A stretch of DNA of 30,999 nt, from assembly GCA_030529405.1 (NCBI GenBank), contig JAUMWZ010000002.1, positions 1 to 30,999 on the forward strand, read 5' to 3'. A program made the position numbers and the translations under genes. Below, one piece after another: positions 8,326 to 17,301 of this stretch. Source of the DNA: Bacteroides sp. GTDB taxonomy: Bacteria; Bacteroidota; Bacteroidia; Bacteroidales; Bacteroidaceae. The notes under the pieces were generated by a model, which made no database searches, was not told the origin of the DNA, and was given only the letters and a program-made list of their open reading frames with translations. Within the stretch, counting starts at the first letter, position 1; every line of letters begins with the position of its first letter.

Positions 8326-10434
8326 ATGAAAAAGATTAACGTTTTTATTATGTCTGCTATTATTATGACTACTTCATCTTGTGTTGGTGGGGCAAAGTCG
8401 TCTGACTCTTCTAACGGAGTGTTAATTGAAAAGTCGAATATCAAGATAGAAAACAAGCGTATGTCTCCTGAAGCTCTTTGGGCAATGGGAAGAATTGGCG
8501 ATTTTGCAGTATCGCCTGACGGCAAGAAAATAGCATATACGGTGGCTTATTACAGTGTTGCTGAGAACAAGAGCAACAGAGAAGTGTATGTTATGAATGC
8601 TGACGGAACAGACAATAAGCAAATCACTAAAACAACACACCAAGAGAGCCAAGTGGCATGGATTAAAGGGGGTGAGAAGATTGCATTCTTGAGTAATGAG
8701 TCGGGTAGCAACCAAATATATCAAATGAATGCTGACGGTAGTGCAAGAGAACAGCTTACTAGCTATGAGGGTAATATTGAAGGCTTTTCATTCTCTCCTG
8801 ACGAAAAGAAGTTGATGTTTATATCTACCGTGAAAACCAAGGCAGAAACATCGGCAATGTATCCAGACCTGCCAAAAACAACAGGTATGATTATTACTGA
8901 CCTTATGTATAAACATTGGGACGAGTGGGTTACAGAAGCACCTCACCCTTTCGTTGCTGACTTCGACGGTAAGTCTATAAGCAACGTGGTTGATGTTCTT
9001 CAAGGCGAACCTTATGAAAGTCCTATGCGTCCGTTCGGTGGAGTTGAGCAGTTGGCGTGGAGCAATGACGGCAAAGAAATAGCATATACTTGCAGAAAGA
9101 AAATAGGACTGGAATATGCGTTATCTACAAACTCTGACATATATGTATATAACTTAGAGTCAAAGGAAACACGCAACATAACTGAAGAAAATAAAGGTTA
9201 CGACACAAATCCGCAATACTCGCCAGACGGTAAACATATTGCTTGGCTTAGTATGGAAAGAGATGGGTTTGAAGCAGACTTAAACAGATTGTTCGTTATG
9301 AATGTTGAAACGGGTGAGAAAACATTCGTAAGCGACAAGTTCGAGTCAAACGTAGACCAATTTGTATGGACAAAAGACTCTAAGGGCTTTTACTTTGTTG
9401 GCGTATGGCACGGACTTAGCCACATATACTCTCTTGACATAGCAACAAAAGAGATAAAGCAACTAACACAAGGTCAGTATGACTATGTTGCTGTTTCTCA
9501 TTTGGGCGACCAGCTGATAACAAAGAGACACTCGATGAGTGAAGCTGACGAACTGTTTGCGGTAAATACAAACGGCGAGGTGAGTCAGCTTACTAAAGAA
9601 AACAGTCATATATACGACCAAATTGAAATGGGTAAGGTTGCGCCTCGTTGGGTTAAGACTACTGACGGAAAAGATATGCTTGTGTGGGTTATATTCCCTC
9701 CACAATTCGACCCAAATAAGAAGTATCCAGCTATACTTTATTGTCAAGGAGGACCACAAAGTGCAGTGAGTCAGTTCTGGTCATACAGATGGAATATGCA
9801 AACTTTTGCTGCTAAGGACTACATTATTGTTGCTCCTAACCGTCGTGGACTACCGGGATTTGGCAAAGAATGGAACGAACAGATTAGTGGCGACTATGGT
9901 GGTCAGTGTATGAGAGATTATTTCAGTGCAATAGACGAAGTGGCTAAGGAAAGCTATGTAGACGAAAACCGTCTTGGTGCAGTAGGTGCCAGCTTCGGAG
10001 GCTTCTCTGTTTACTGGCTAGCAGGCAATCACAACAAACGTTTCAAAGCATTCATTGCTCACAATGGTATATTCAACATGGAAATGCAATATCTTGAAAC
10101 AGAAGAAAAATGGTTTGCAAACTGGGATATGGGTGGTGCTTATTGGGAAAAAGACAATAAAGTGGCACAAGGCACATTCGCTAACTCTCCGCACAAGTTT
10201 GTAGACAAATGGGACACACCTATTCTATGTATTCACAGCGAAAAAGACTATCGCATTCTTGCAAATCAAGCTATGGCAGCCTTTGACGCCGCTAAGTTGA
10301 GAGGTGTACCAGCTAAGATGCTGATGTTTCCAGACGAAAACCATTGGGTGCTTAAACCACAGAATGGTATCTTATGGCAAAGAGTGTTTGCCGATTGGCT
10401 TGATGAATGGCTAAAAGACGATGCAAAGAAGTAA
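8326..10434 (+). CDS. S9 family (prolyl oligopeptidase / acylaminoacyl peptidase-like) serine peptidase, probable lipoprotein
   Basis: Lipobox-like TSSC; PD40/WD-like propeller repeats (FAVSPDGKK, PQYSPDGKH); catalytic GASFGG, HSEKDYR, PDENHW. Confidence 0.92.
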   Translation: MKKINVFIMSAIIMTTSSCVGGAKSSDSSNGVLIEKSNIKIENKRMSPEALWAMGRIGDFAVSPDGKKIAYTVAYYSVAENKSNREVYVMNADGTDNKQITKTTHQESQVAWIKGGEKIAFLSNESGSNQIYQMNADGSAREQLTSYEGNIEGFSFSPDEKKLMFISTVKTKAETSAMYPDLPKTTGMIITDLMYKHWDEWVTEAPHPFVADFDGKSISNVVDVLQGEPYESPMRPFGGVEQLAWSNDGKEIAYTCRKKIGLEYALSTNSDIYVYNLESKETRNITEENKGYDTNPQYSPDGKHIAWLSMERDGFEADLNRLFVMNVETGEKTFVSDKFESNVDQFVWTKDSKGFYFVGVWHGLSHIYSLDIATKEIKQLTQGQYDYVAVSHLGDQLITKRHSMSEADELFAVNTNGEVSQLTKENSHIYDQIEMGKVAPRWVKTTDGKDMLVWVIFPPQFDPNKKYPAILYCQGGPQSAVSQFWSYRWNMQTFAAKDYIIVAPNRRGLPGFGKEWNEQISGDYGGQCMRDYFSAIDEVAKESYVDENRLGAVGASFGGFSVYWLAGNHNKRFKAFIAHNGIFNMEMQYLETEEKWFANWDMGGAYWEKDNKVAQGTFANSPHKFVDKWDTPILCIHSEKDYRILANQAMAAFDAAKLRGVPAKMLMFPDENHWVLKPQNGILWQRVFADWLDEWLKDDAKK

Positions 10435-10460
10435 ACTGTGCATATAACACACCGTTTCTA

Positions 10461-10540
10461 AACGATATATTGTTTGGAAGTTGGTTATATATAAATTGGG
10501 AGCAAACTGTATACAGTCTGCTCCCAATTTATATATACTC
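10461..10540. repeat. 22-bp-period palindromic array C (4 units)
   Basis: Units at 10461, 10483, 10505 (AACTGTATACAGTC), 10527; spacers tggaagtt, tgggagca, tgctccca. Confidence 0.85.
10486..10537. terminator. Near-perfect 52-bp palindrome between convergent genes; probable bidirectional terminator
   Basis: TATATATAAATTGGGAGCA(10486-10504)/TGCTCCCAATTTATATATA(10519-10537) around the palindromic core ACTGTATACAGT. Confidence 0.65.
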
Positions 10541-10581
10541 AGTTTTTGAGTTGTAATTGTGTTATTTCAAAGACGATATTC

Positions 10582-12771
10582 CTACTTAGCAAAAAGCAGT
10601 TCTCTGTACTTCGGCAATGGCCATATTTCGTCGTCAATCTCTAGCTCTAAGTGGTCTATGTGATCTCTTATTTCGTCAAGATAAGGCTTAACTTTTTCTT
10701 CATACATAAAGGCTTTCTCTTTGTGGTCTTTTAGTTTGTTTGCCTCTTTTCTAGTCTCTATCATGTCGTGTACTAACTGTTTTATTGCAGTTACTCTACG
10801 AGATATTTCCCTAACAAGGTCTTTTCTGTCCTTGCTTATTGCTTCATATTCGTCTGTGTCAAATATCTTTTTTAGTCCAATCAAGTTTTCTAAAAGTCTG
10901 TTTTGATAAGTCACAGCAGTTGGAACGATATGATTTATAGCCAAATCTCCAAGCACACGACTTTCAATTTGTACTTTCATAGTATACTTATCAAGCTCAA
11001 CCTCAAGCCTACTTTTTAACTCCACTTCGTTGAAAATCTGCTCTCCTATCAGCACACTCTTAGCCTGTTCGTCAGTCAATTTAGTAAGAGCCTCCGGCAC
11101 ATGACATATATTTGTCAGTCCTCTGCGCTTTGCTTCGTCTCTCCATTCTTGAGAATATCCGTCGCCTTCAAACCTTATCGGCTCAGACTCTATTATCAGC
11201 TCTTTCAGTACCTTAAATATAGCTTCGTCTTTATTCATACCGTTTTCTATCAAGCCTAAAACGGTTTTATTGAACTTGTTTAGTTGGTTTGCCATAGCGG
11301 CATTTATAACTATCATCGCAGCAGCACAGTTTGACGATGAACCTGCTGCTCTAAATTCAAATCTGTTGCCTGTAAATGCAAACGGAGATGTGCGGTTTCT
11401 GTCGGTCGTGTCTAGTAGTATGTCTGGCAATCTCCGTATTCCCAACTTCAAGGTTGTCTTTTCTTCTGGTGTCATCTTGCTATCGCCAACCTGACGGACA
11501 ATGTCATCAAGAATAGTAGAAAGCTCTCTTCCGAGGAAACATGATAATATTGCTGGCGGAGCCTCACTAGCACCAAGGCGGTAACTATTGCCTGCACTCG
11601 AGATAGATGCTCTTAGCAAATCTTGATTCTTATATACCATCATGAGTGCATTAACAAGAAACGTCAAGAAAAGCATATTGCCCTTTGGATTCTTTCCAGG
11701 AGCAAACAGATTTATTCCGTTATCAGTGCATAGCGACCAGTTATTGTGTTTGCCCGAACCATTAACACCACTGTAAGGCTTTTCGTGAAGAAGTACGTTG
11801 AACTTATGCTTTTGTGCAATCCTTTTCATCAAATCCATTACAAGTTGGTTATGGTCATTTGCCAAGTTGCAATTCTCGAATATAGGAGCAAGTTCAAATT
11901 GGTTTGGAGCCACTTCATTATGTCTTGTCTTGGCAGGTATACCTAGTTTGTGGCATTCTATTTCTACCTCTTTCATAAAAGCAGTAACTCTTGGCGGGAT
12001 AGAACCGAAGTAATGGTCTTCTAGCTGTTGGTCTTTTGCCGATGAATGACCCATAAGTGTTCTGCCAGTTAAACACAAATCGGGGCGAGCATTATATAGT
12101 GCAGAATCTACTAAGAAATACTCTTGTTCCCAACCTAGGTTGGTGTACACTCGAGTGACGTTTTTATCAAACAACTGACATACATCTGTTGCGGCTTTAT
12201 CTACTGCAGCCAATGCCTTTAGTAATGGAGTTTTGTAGTCTAAGGCTTCTCCTGTGTACGATATGAATATAGTAGGGATACACAAAGTGTTATCCACCAC
12301 GAAGGCAGGTGAAGATACGTCCCATGCTGTGTAACCTCTTGCTTCGAAGGTGTTTCTTATTCCTCCGTTTGGAAAAGAAGATGCGTCTGGCTCTTGTTGA
12401 ACAAGAAGTTTTCCCGAAAATCTTTCTATCACTCCTCCATCGTCAGATATTTCTATGAATCCGTCGTGTTTTTCTGCTGTTCCGTCTGTCAATGGTTGAA
12501 ACCAGTGTGTGTAATGTGTTACGTTCAAAGACTTCGCCCAGCTTTTCATACCGTTAGCTATCAAGTCTGCCATTTCTCTACTTATGGGTGTTCCTCTCTC
12601 CACAGCATCGACCACAGCTCTATACGCTTCCTTTGGAAGATATTCTTGCATCTTCTTTCTGTCAAACACATTCATTCCATAGTAGTCTGATATTTTGTTA
12701 GAAGGAGGTGTTACTTCTAACGGTTTTCTATTAGATAGCTCTTTAAGAGCAAAGAATCTCATTTCTGACAT
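10582..12771 (-). CDS. glnA: Glutamine synthetase type III
   Basis: 729 aa; THYTHWFQPLT..TAEKHD, EPDASSFPNGG, GWEQEYFL, HNEVAPNQFE, HEKP..GVNGSGKHNNWS, DRNRTSPFAFTGNRFEFRA, WPLPKYRELLF. Confidence 0.96.
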   Translation of the reverse strand: MSEMRFFALKELSNRKPLEVTPPSNKISDYYGMNVFDRKKMQEYLPKEAYRAVVDAVERGTPISREMADLIANGMKSWAKSLNVTHYTHWFQPLTDGTAEKHDGFIEISDDGGVIERFSGKLLVQQEPDASSFPNGGIRNTFEARGYTAWDVSSPAFVVDNTLCIPTIFISYTGEALDYKTPLLKALAAVDKAATDVCQLFDKNVTRVYTNLGWEQEYFLVDSALYNARPDLCLTGRTLMGHSSAKDQQLEDHYFGSIPPRVTAFMKEVEIECHKLGIPAKTRHNEVAPNQFELAPIFENCNLANDHNQLVMDLMKRIAQKHKFNVLLHEKPYSGVNGSGKHNNWSLCTDNGINLFAPGKNPKGNMLFLTFLVNALMMVYKNQDLLRASISSAGNSYRLGASEAPPAILSCFLGRELSTILDDIVRQVGDSKMTPEEKTTLKLGIRRLPDILLDTTDRNRTSPFAFTGNRFEFRAAGSSSNCAAAMIVINAAMANQLNKFNKTVLGLIENGMNKDEAIFKVLKELIIESEPIRFEGDGYSQEWRDEAKRRGLTNICHVPEALTKLTDEQAKSVLIGEQIFNEVELKSRLEVELDKYTMKVQIESRVLGDLAINHIVPTAVTYQNRLLENLIGLKKIFDTDEYEAISKDRKDLVREISRRVTAIKQLVHDMIETRKEANKLKDHKEKAFMYEEKVKPYLDEIRDHIDHLELEIDDEIWPLPKYRELLFAK

Positions 12772-12802
12772 AATACTACCTTTATTTTATGTTTATAGCG
12801 TG

Positions 12803-12810
12803 CAAAAGTA
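12803..12810 (-). promoter_or_regulatory. -7 promoter element for glnA
   Basis: TACTTTTG on the minus strand, about 32 nt upstream of the start. Confidence 0.55.
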
Positions 12811-12994
12811 TTTGTTTTCTATGAAATACCCCTAAAATATAAGGGTTCTTTTCAGAAATAGTATGATTTTTCTTCTTGATACCCCTTTTGTGTGGTGGCT
12901 GGTAAACTTTGATGAATATATATAGTTAGCATGATAAATGTGTCAGTTGTATATAAATTAGGCACAATTTTGTTATTATAAAGCCTTTTATTTA

Positions 12995-13002
12995 TACCTT
13001 TG
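12995..13002 (+). promoter_or_regulatory. -7 promoter element for the hypothetical at 13029
   Basis: TACCTTTG. Confidence 0.55.
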
Positions 13003-13028
13003 ATAAAAATAATGTTTGGAGGGTTTAT

Positions 13029-13475
13029 ATGATGTTCAAGGAAAGTACAATTAAAAAGATTAAAGAAGCTATTAAGCAGGCTATATCTGTCTACACTTCG
13101 TCAGATATAGAATTTATTCACACTGATATTTACATTCAGGCAGACAGATTGCTTGGTGAGTTGAATTTCAGTAACGATGAAGATGCAGAACTATATTCTG
13201 TAAGCATAGGAGAATTGAAGTCTGACACTCTAGAGGGCTATTACGAAAACTTAGAAGATGAATTGCGTAGCATTTTGGAAGATATGTATTCGGAATCAGT
13301 CTTTGATAAAGTGAAAATATCTACTCCTTACTCTTTCGTATTGATAGACGAAAACAAGGAAACAATATCTGACCTTTTGTTGATAGATGATGACACTGTT
13401 GTTCTTAACGGCGGACTTTTGAAAGGTTTAGATAAAGAGTTGGACGACTTTTTGAAGAACCTTTTAGAATCGTGA
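13029..13475 (+). CDS. Acidic conserved hypothetical protein (Bacteroidales type)
   Basis: 148-aa ORF with its own promoter box; C-terminus PYSFVLIDENKETISDLLLIDDD...LKGLDKELDDFLKNLL resembles, from recall, a Bacteroides-conserved hypothetical family. Confidence 0.8.
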   Translation: MMFKESTIKKIKEAIKQAISVYTSSDIEFIHTDIYIQADRLLGELNFSNDEDAELYSVSIGELKSDTLEGYYENLEDELRSILEDMYSESVFDKVKISTPYSFVLIDENKETISDLLLIDDDTVVLNGGLLKGLDKELDDFLKNLLES

Positions 13476-13713
13476 TGTGAATAAAACAGCAATAATATCT
13501 CTATGTGGCTTGCGGTGTGCAATTACTCTGTGGGCAACGTAGCAGGTGTTTTTGTTTGTTGTTTTTTATTCCCTCCTTATAAGTGTTACATTCTTGAATC
13601 TCTCTAAACATTCATTCTAAGTCGTTTATGCTTATATGTCACATGTAGATGTACTGTGATATGTAACACCGTTATATACACTCTCTTGTTATGTCTTTAT
13701 CTGTTTTCTAACC

Positions 13714-13815
13714 ACCTGTATTAAGTCATTTTCTAATTTATATACAACTGACTTGCAAATAATATATAGCTGACTTCTAAACCATATATAGTTTGTTTAT
13801 TGACTGTATACAGTT
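13714..13815. repeat. 22-bp-period palindromic array D (5 units, first degenerate)
   Basis: Units at 13714, 13736, 13758, 13780, 13802 (GACTGTATACAGTT); spacers attttcta, gacttgca, gacttcta, tgtttatt. Confidence 0.9.
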
Positions 13816-13910
13816 TGCAAAGCGTGTTTTCTTAACCTTTATCTGAGATAATAATATTCAATAGAAAAAATATATGCTTTTTGTGTTGCTATGATGCAAA
13901 CAAAAAAACT

Positions 13911-13918
13911 TATATTTG
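13911..13918 (+). promoter_or_regulatory. -7 promoter element for fhs
   Basis: TATATTTG ending 60 nt upstream of ATG 13978. Confidence 0.5.
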
Positions 13919-13977
13919 TGTTTATGAACTAAAAGGCAAAGAGTCTTTTATCCTTAACAATCTAATAACAAAACAAT

Positions 13978-15645
13978 ATGAAAACAGATATTGAAATTGC
14001 ACGTAGCATAGAGCTAAAGAATATTGCAGAGGTTGCAGAATCGGTTGGTATAGATGCTAACAGTCTGGAAAGCTATGGCAAGCACATAGCAAAGGTGCCA
14101 TACAAGCTAATTGATGAAGAAAAGGTAAAGAAAAGTAACCTTATTCTTGTTACAGCCATTACTGCCACAAAGGCGGGAATAGGTAAGACTACCGTGTCAA
14201 TAGGTCTTGCTCTTGGACTAAACAAAATAGGAAAGAAAGCCATAGTAGCTTTACGTGAGCCGTCATTGGGCCCATGTTTCGGAATGAAAGGTGGTGCTAC
14301 TGGCGGTGGATATGCACAAGTGTTGCCTATGGAAAAGATAAATCTGCACTTCACTGGAGATTTTCATGCCATAACATCTGCTCACAACATGATTTCGGCA
14401 ATGCTAGACAACTACTTGTATCAGAATCAATCTAACGGATTCTCTCTTAAAGAAGTGCTTTGGAAGAGAGTGTTAGACGTCAATGACCGCTCACTTCGTA
14501 GCATCATTGTAGGTATGGGGCCTAAAACTAATGGACTGTTGCAAGAGTCAGGCTTCGACATTACCTCGGCTTCTGAGATTATGGCAATTCTATGCTTATC
14601 TAAAGACATAGAAGATTTAAGAAGAAGAATAGAAAACATCATACTTGGTTTCACTCACGACGATAAACCATTCACTGTGAAAGACCTTGGAGTTGCAGGA
14701 GCAGTAACAGTGTTGTTGCAGGAGGCTATTAACCCTAACTTAGTGCAAACTACTGAGGGTACGCCTGCGTTTGTACACGGTGGACCATTTGCTAATATAG
14801 CACACGGTTGCAACTCTCTTATTGCTACCAAGACAGCAATGACCTTTGCAGACTATGTTGTTACAGAGGCTGGATTTGGAGCAGACTTAGGTGCTGAGAA
14901 ATTCTATGACATCAAGTGTCGCAAGTCTGGTCTTCGTCCGCGTGCAACAGTTATTGTTGCCACCGCACAAGGGCTTAAAATGCACGGAGGTGTAGAACTT
15001 GAGAAGATAAAAGAGCCAAACATTGACGGACTGAGAGAAGGACTTAAAAACCTAGATAAGCACATCAAAAACTTACAGTCTTTTGGTCAGACAGTAGTGG
15101 TAGCTTTCAACAGGTTTGCAACAGATACAAATGAGGAGATAGAAGTCTTAAAGAACTACTGTAATGCTATCGGTGTGGACTGTGCTATAAACAATGCCTT
15201 TATGGAAGGTGGTGATGGTGCTATAGAGCTAGCCAACGTTGTTGTTAATGCAATAGAGAAACACCCTTCTAAGGAGCTAAAGTTTGCTTACGAAGAAAAC
15301 GACAGCGTGAAGACAAAGGTTGATAAGTTGGCAAAAAATATATATGGAGCTAAAGATGTGGTATATAGTCTTGCGGCTAAAAACAAGATTAAGCTGATAG
15401 AAAGTTTAGGTATATCTCACTATCCGATATGTATTGCTAAGACTCAATTCTCTTTCTCTGCCGACCAAAAGGCGTATGGAGTTGCCAAAGACTTTGAGTT
15501 TAGTATAAAAGACATTGTTATAAACAATGGGGCAGAGATGATTGTGGTTATAGCGGGAGAAATAATGAGAATGCCGGGACTTCCTAAATCGCCTCAAGCG
15601 TTGCATATTGACATTGTAGATGGCGAAATTGAAGGACTTAGCTAA
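13978..15645 (+). CDS. fhs: Formate--tetrahydrofolate ligase
   Basis: [83 protein letters not shown]. Confidence 0.97.
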   Translation: MKTDIEIARSIELKNIAEVAESVGIDANSLESYGKHIAKVPYKLIDEEKVKKSNLILVTAITATKAGIGKTTVSIGLALGLNKIGKKAIVALREPSLGPCFGMKGGATGGGYAQVLPMEKINLHFTGDFHAITSAHNMISAMLDNYLYQNQSNGFSLKEVLWKRVLDVNDRSLRSIIVGMGPKTNGLLQESGFDITSASEIMAILCLSKDIEDLRRRIENIILGFTHDDKPFTVKDLGVAGAVTVLLQEAINPNLVQTTEGTPAFVHGGPFANIAHGCNSLIATKTAMTFADYVVTEAGFGADLGAEKFYDIKCRKSGLRPRATVIVATAQGLKMHGGVELEKIKEPNIDGLREGLKNLDKHIKNLQSFGQTVVVAFNRFATDTNEEIEVLKNYCNAIGVDCAINNAFMEGGDGAIELANVVVNAIEKHPSKELKFAYEENDSVKTKVDKLAKNIYGAKDVVYSLAAKNKIKLIESLGISHYPICIAKTQFSFSADQKAYGVAKDFEFSIKDIVINNGAEMIVVIAGEIMRMPGLPKSPQALHIDIVDGEIEGLS

Positions 15646-15680
15646 TAACACATAACAAAACATATAGCAAGTAATGCTAG

Positions 15681-15722
15681 GAGCAACCGAGTGATGACAT
15701 CACTTTGGTTGCTCTTTTTTTA
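15681..15722 (+). terminator. Intrinsic terminator after fhs
   Basis: GAGCAACCGAGTGATG/CATCACTTTGGTTGCTC stem followed by a T run. Confidence 0.8.
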
Positions 15723-15800
15723 TTGTCGTGTTTTGAAGTATTGTTGTCTTAGTTGTTGATTATGAATGTGTTATCTCTTTGTGTGAATGCTGGTTTTGCA

Positions 15801-15880
15801 AACAATATATTGTTTGCAAGTCAGCTGTATATAATTGACTTCTAGACTGTATATAGTTTAATTGTTAGCTGTATATGGTT
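15801..15880. repeat. 22-bp-period palindromic array E (4 units)
   Basis: Units at 15801, 15823, 15845 (GACTGTATATAGTT), 15867; spacers tgcaagtc, gacttcta, taattgtt. Confidence 0.92.
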
Positions 15881-15923
15881 TGAAGTGGAGGGAATAATGT
15901 CTTTTGTTAGCCGTATAAACAAA

Positions 15924-15953
15924 TCAAGGCAGTGATAATGTTCACTGCCTTGA
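15924..15953 (-). terminator. Terminator downstream of tRNA-Arg
   Basis: TCAAGGCAGTGA/TCACTGCCTTGA 12-bp perfect stem; minus strand continues TTTGTTTAT. Confidence 0.75.
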
Positions 15954-15959
15954 CGATTG

Positions 15960-16032
15960 TGACTCCGGTGCGATTCAAACGCACGACCTTCAGAACCGGA
16001 ATCTGACGCTCTATTCACTAAGCTACGGAGCC
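15960..16032 (-). tRNA. tRNA-Arg (CCG)
   Basis: Minus strand GGCTCCG...CGGAGTC-A acceptor; anticodon arm TCAGA-TTCCGGT-TCTGA; T arm GTGCG-TTTGAAT-CGCAC; CCA not encoded. Confidence 0.93.
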
Positions 16033-16046
16033 TTTTGATGTGAACG

Positions 16047-16054
16047 CAAAATTA
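16047..16054 (-). promoter_or_regulatory. -7 promoter element for tRNA-Arg
   Basis: TAATTTTG on the minus strand, 15 nt upstream of the tRNA 5' end. Confidence 0.6.
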
Positions 16055-16248
16055 AGAAAAAACAAAGAAGTAAGAAATATAGATTGTTCAAATCATTGTT
16101 TGTGGCTCAAATACCCATATCTCTTTGGTCAGAAAACATCTTGTAAGTGGCAAAAACAATATAAACAAGCAACTAATGATGAAGTTTTGTCTGTGTAATG
16201 ATTAAATAATACTATTTTTGCTGTTTATGAATGAAAAAGATAGGATAT

Positions 16249-17286
16249 ATGAGTTATTTGATAAATATAGAAAACTATAAACCAATTATTGATGTAAAAC
16301 AGACAGAATTAGGCATAAAGCAGATAAAAGATTTCTTTCAGCTAAATCTGTCGTCTGAATTACGCCTTCGCAGAGTAACAGCTCCTTTGTTCGTGCTTAA
16401 AGGTATGGGGATAAACGATGACCTTAATGGAAAAGAGAATCCAGTAAGTTTTTCTATTAGCGATATGGATAGTAAAATTGCAGAGGTAGTTCATTCGTTA
16501 GCTAAATGGAAAAGACTAACTTTGGCAGAACATAACATCAGAAGCGGTTATGGCATATATACAGATATGAACGCTATAAGAGCTGACGAAGAATTGGGCA
16601 ATCTTCACTCGCTATATGTAGACCAATGGGACTGGGAAATGTCTATAAATGAGGAAAACAGAAACATTGATTTTCTGAAAGATATAGTACGAAGAATATA
16701 TGCAGCAATAGTAAGGACGGAGTATATGGTGTATGAGATGTTTCCAAGTATAGAACCGCAACTGCCAGAACAGATAAAGTTTATACACTCGGAAGAACTA
16801 CTTCAGATGTACCCCAATATGGAACCAAAAGACAGAGAACACGCAATATGCCGGGAATATAAAGCTGTTTTCATAATGGGTATAGGTTGCCAACTTAGCA
16901 ACGGAGAGAAACACGACAACAGAGCTGCAGACTATGACGACTATTCCAGCATAAATAGCGACGGATATAAGGGACTTAACGGAGATTTGCTTATATGGAA
17001 TGATGTTCTGAAAAGGTCGGTCGAGTTGTCGTCTATGGGAATACGTGTAGATAAAGAAACCTTGCTTAGACAGCTGAAAGAGAAAGGTCAGGAGCATAAG
17101 ACAGAACTGTTTTTCCATAAGAAGTTGATAAATGGCGAGTTGCCACTATCTGTTGGAGGCGGAATTGGTCAATCAAGACTGTGTATGTACTACTTGCGTA
17201 AAGCGCATATAGGCGAGATTCAAGCCAGTATTTGGCCTGATGATATGATAAAACAATGCAGAAAACAAAACATACGTTTGTTGTAA
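16249..17286 (+). CDS. asnA: Aspartate--ammonia ligase (asparagine synthetase A)
   Basis: EVVHSLAKWKR, YTDMNAIRADE, HSLYVDQWDWE, ELSSMGIRVD, LSVGGGIGQSRL. Start at MSYLI preferred; alternative 16231. Confidence 0.96.
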   Translation: MSYLINIENYKPIIDVKQTELGIKQIKDFFQLNLSSELRLRRVTAPLFVLKGMGINDDLNGKENPVSFSISDMDSKIAEVVHSLAKWKRLTLAEHNIRSGYGIYTDMNAIRADEELGNLHSLYVDQWDWEMSINEENRNIDFLKDIVRRIYAAIVRTEYMVYEMFPSIEPQLPEQIKFIHSEELLQMYPNMEPKDREHAICREYKAVFIMGIGCQLSNGEKHDNRAADYDDYSSINSDGYKGLNGDLLIWNDVLKRSVELSSMGIRVDKETLLRQLKEKGQEHKTELFFHKKLINGELPLSVGGGIGQSRLCMYYLRKAHIGEIQASIWPDDMIKQCRKQNIRLL

Positions 17287-17301
17287 TAATCTATAAGTGA
17301 T

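Noticed and set aside
12914-12958. Two unit-like words (GAATATATATAGTT at 12914, AGTTGTATATAAAT at 12945)
   Set aside because: They are 31 bp apart rather than 22; possibly a decayed array or chance, so not counted.
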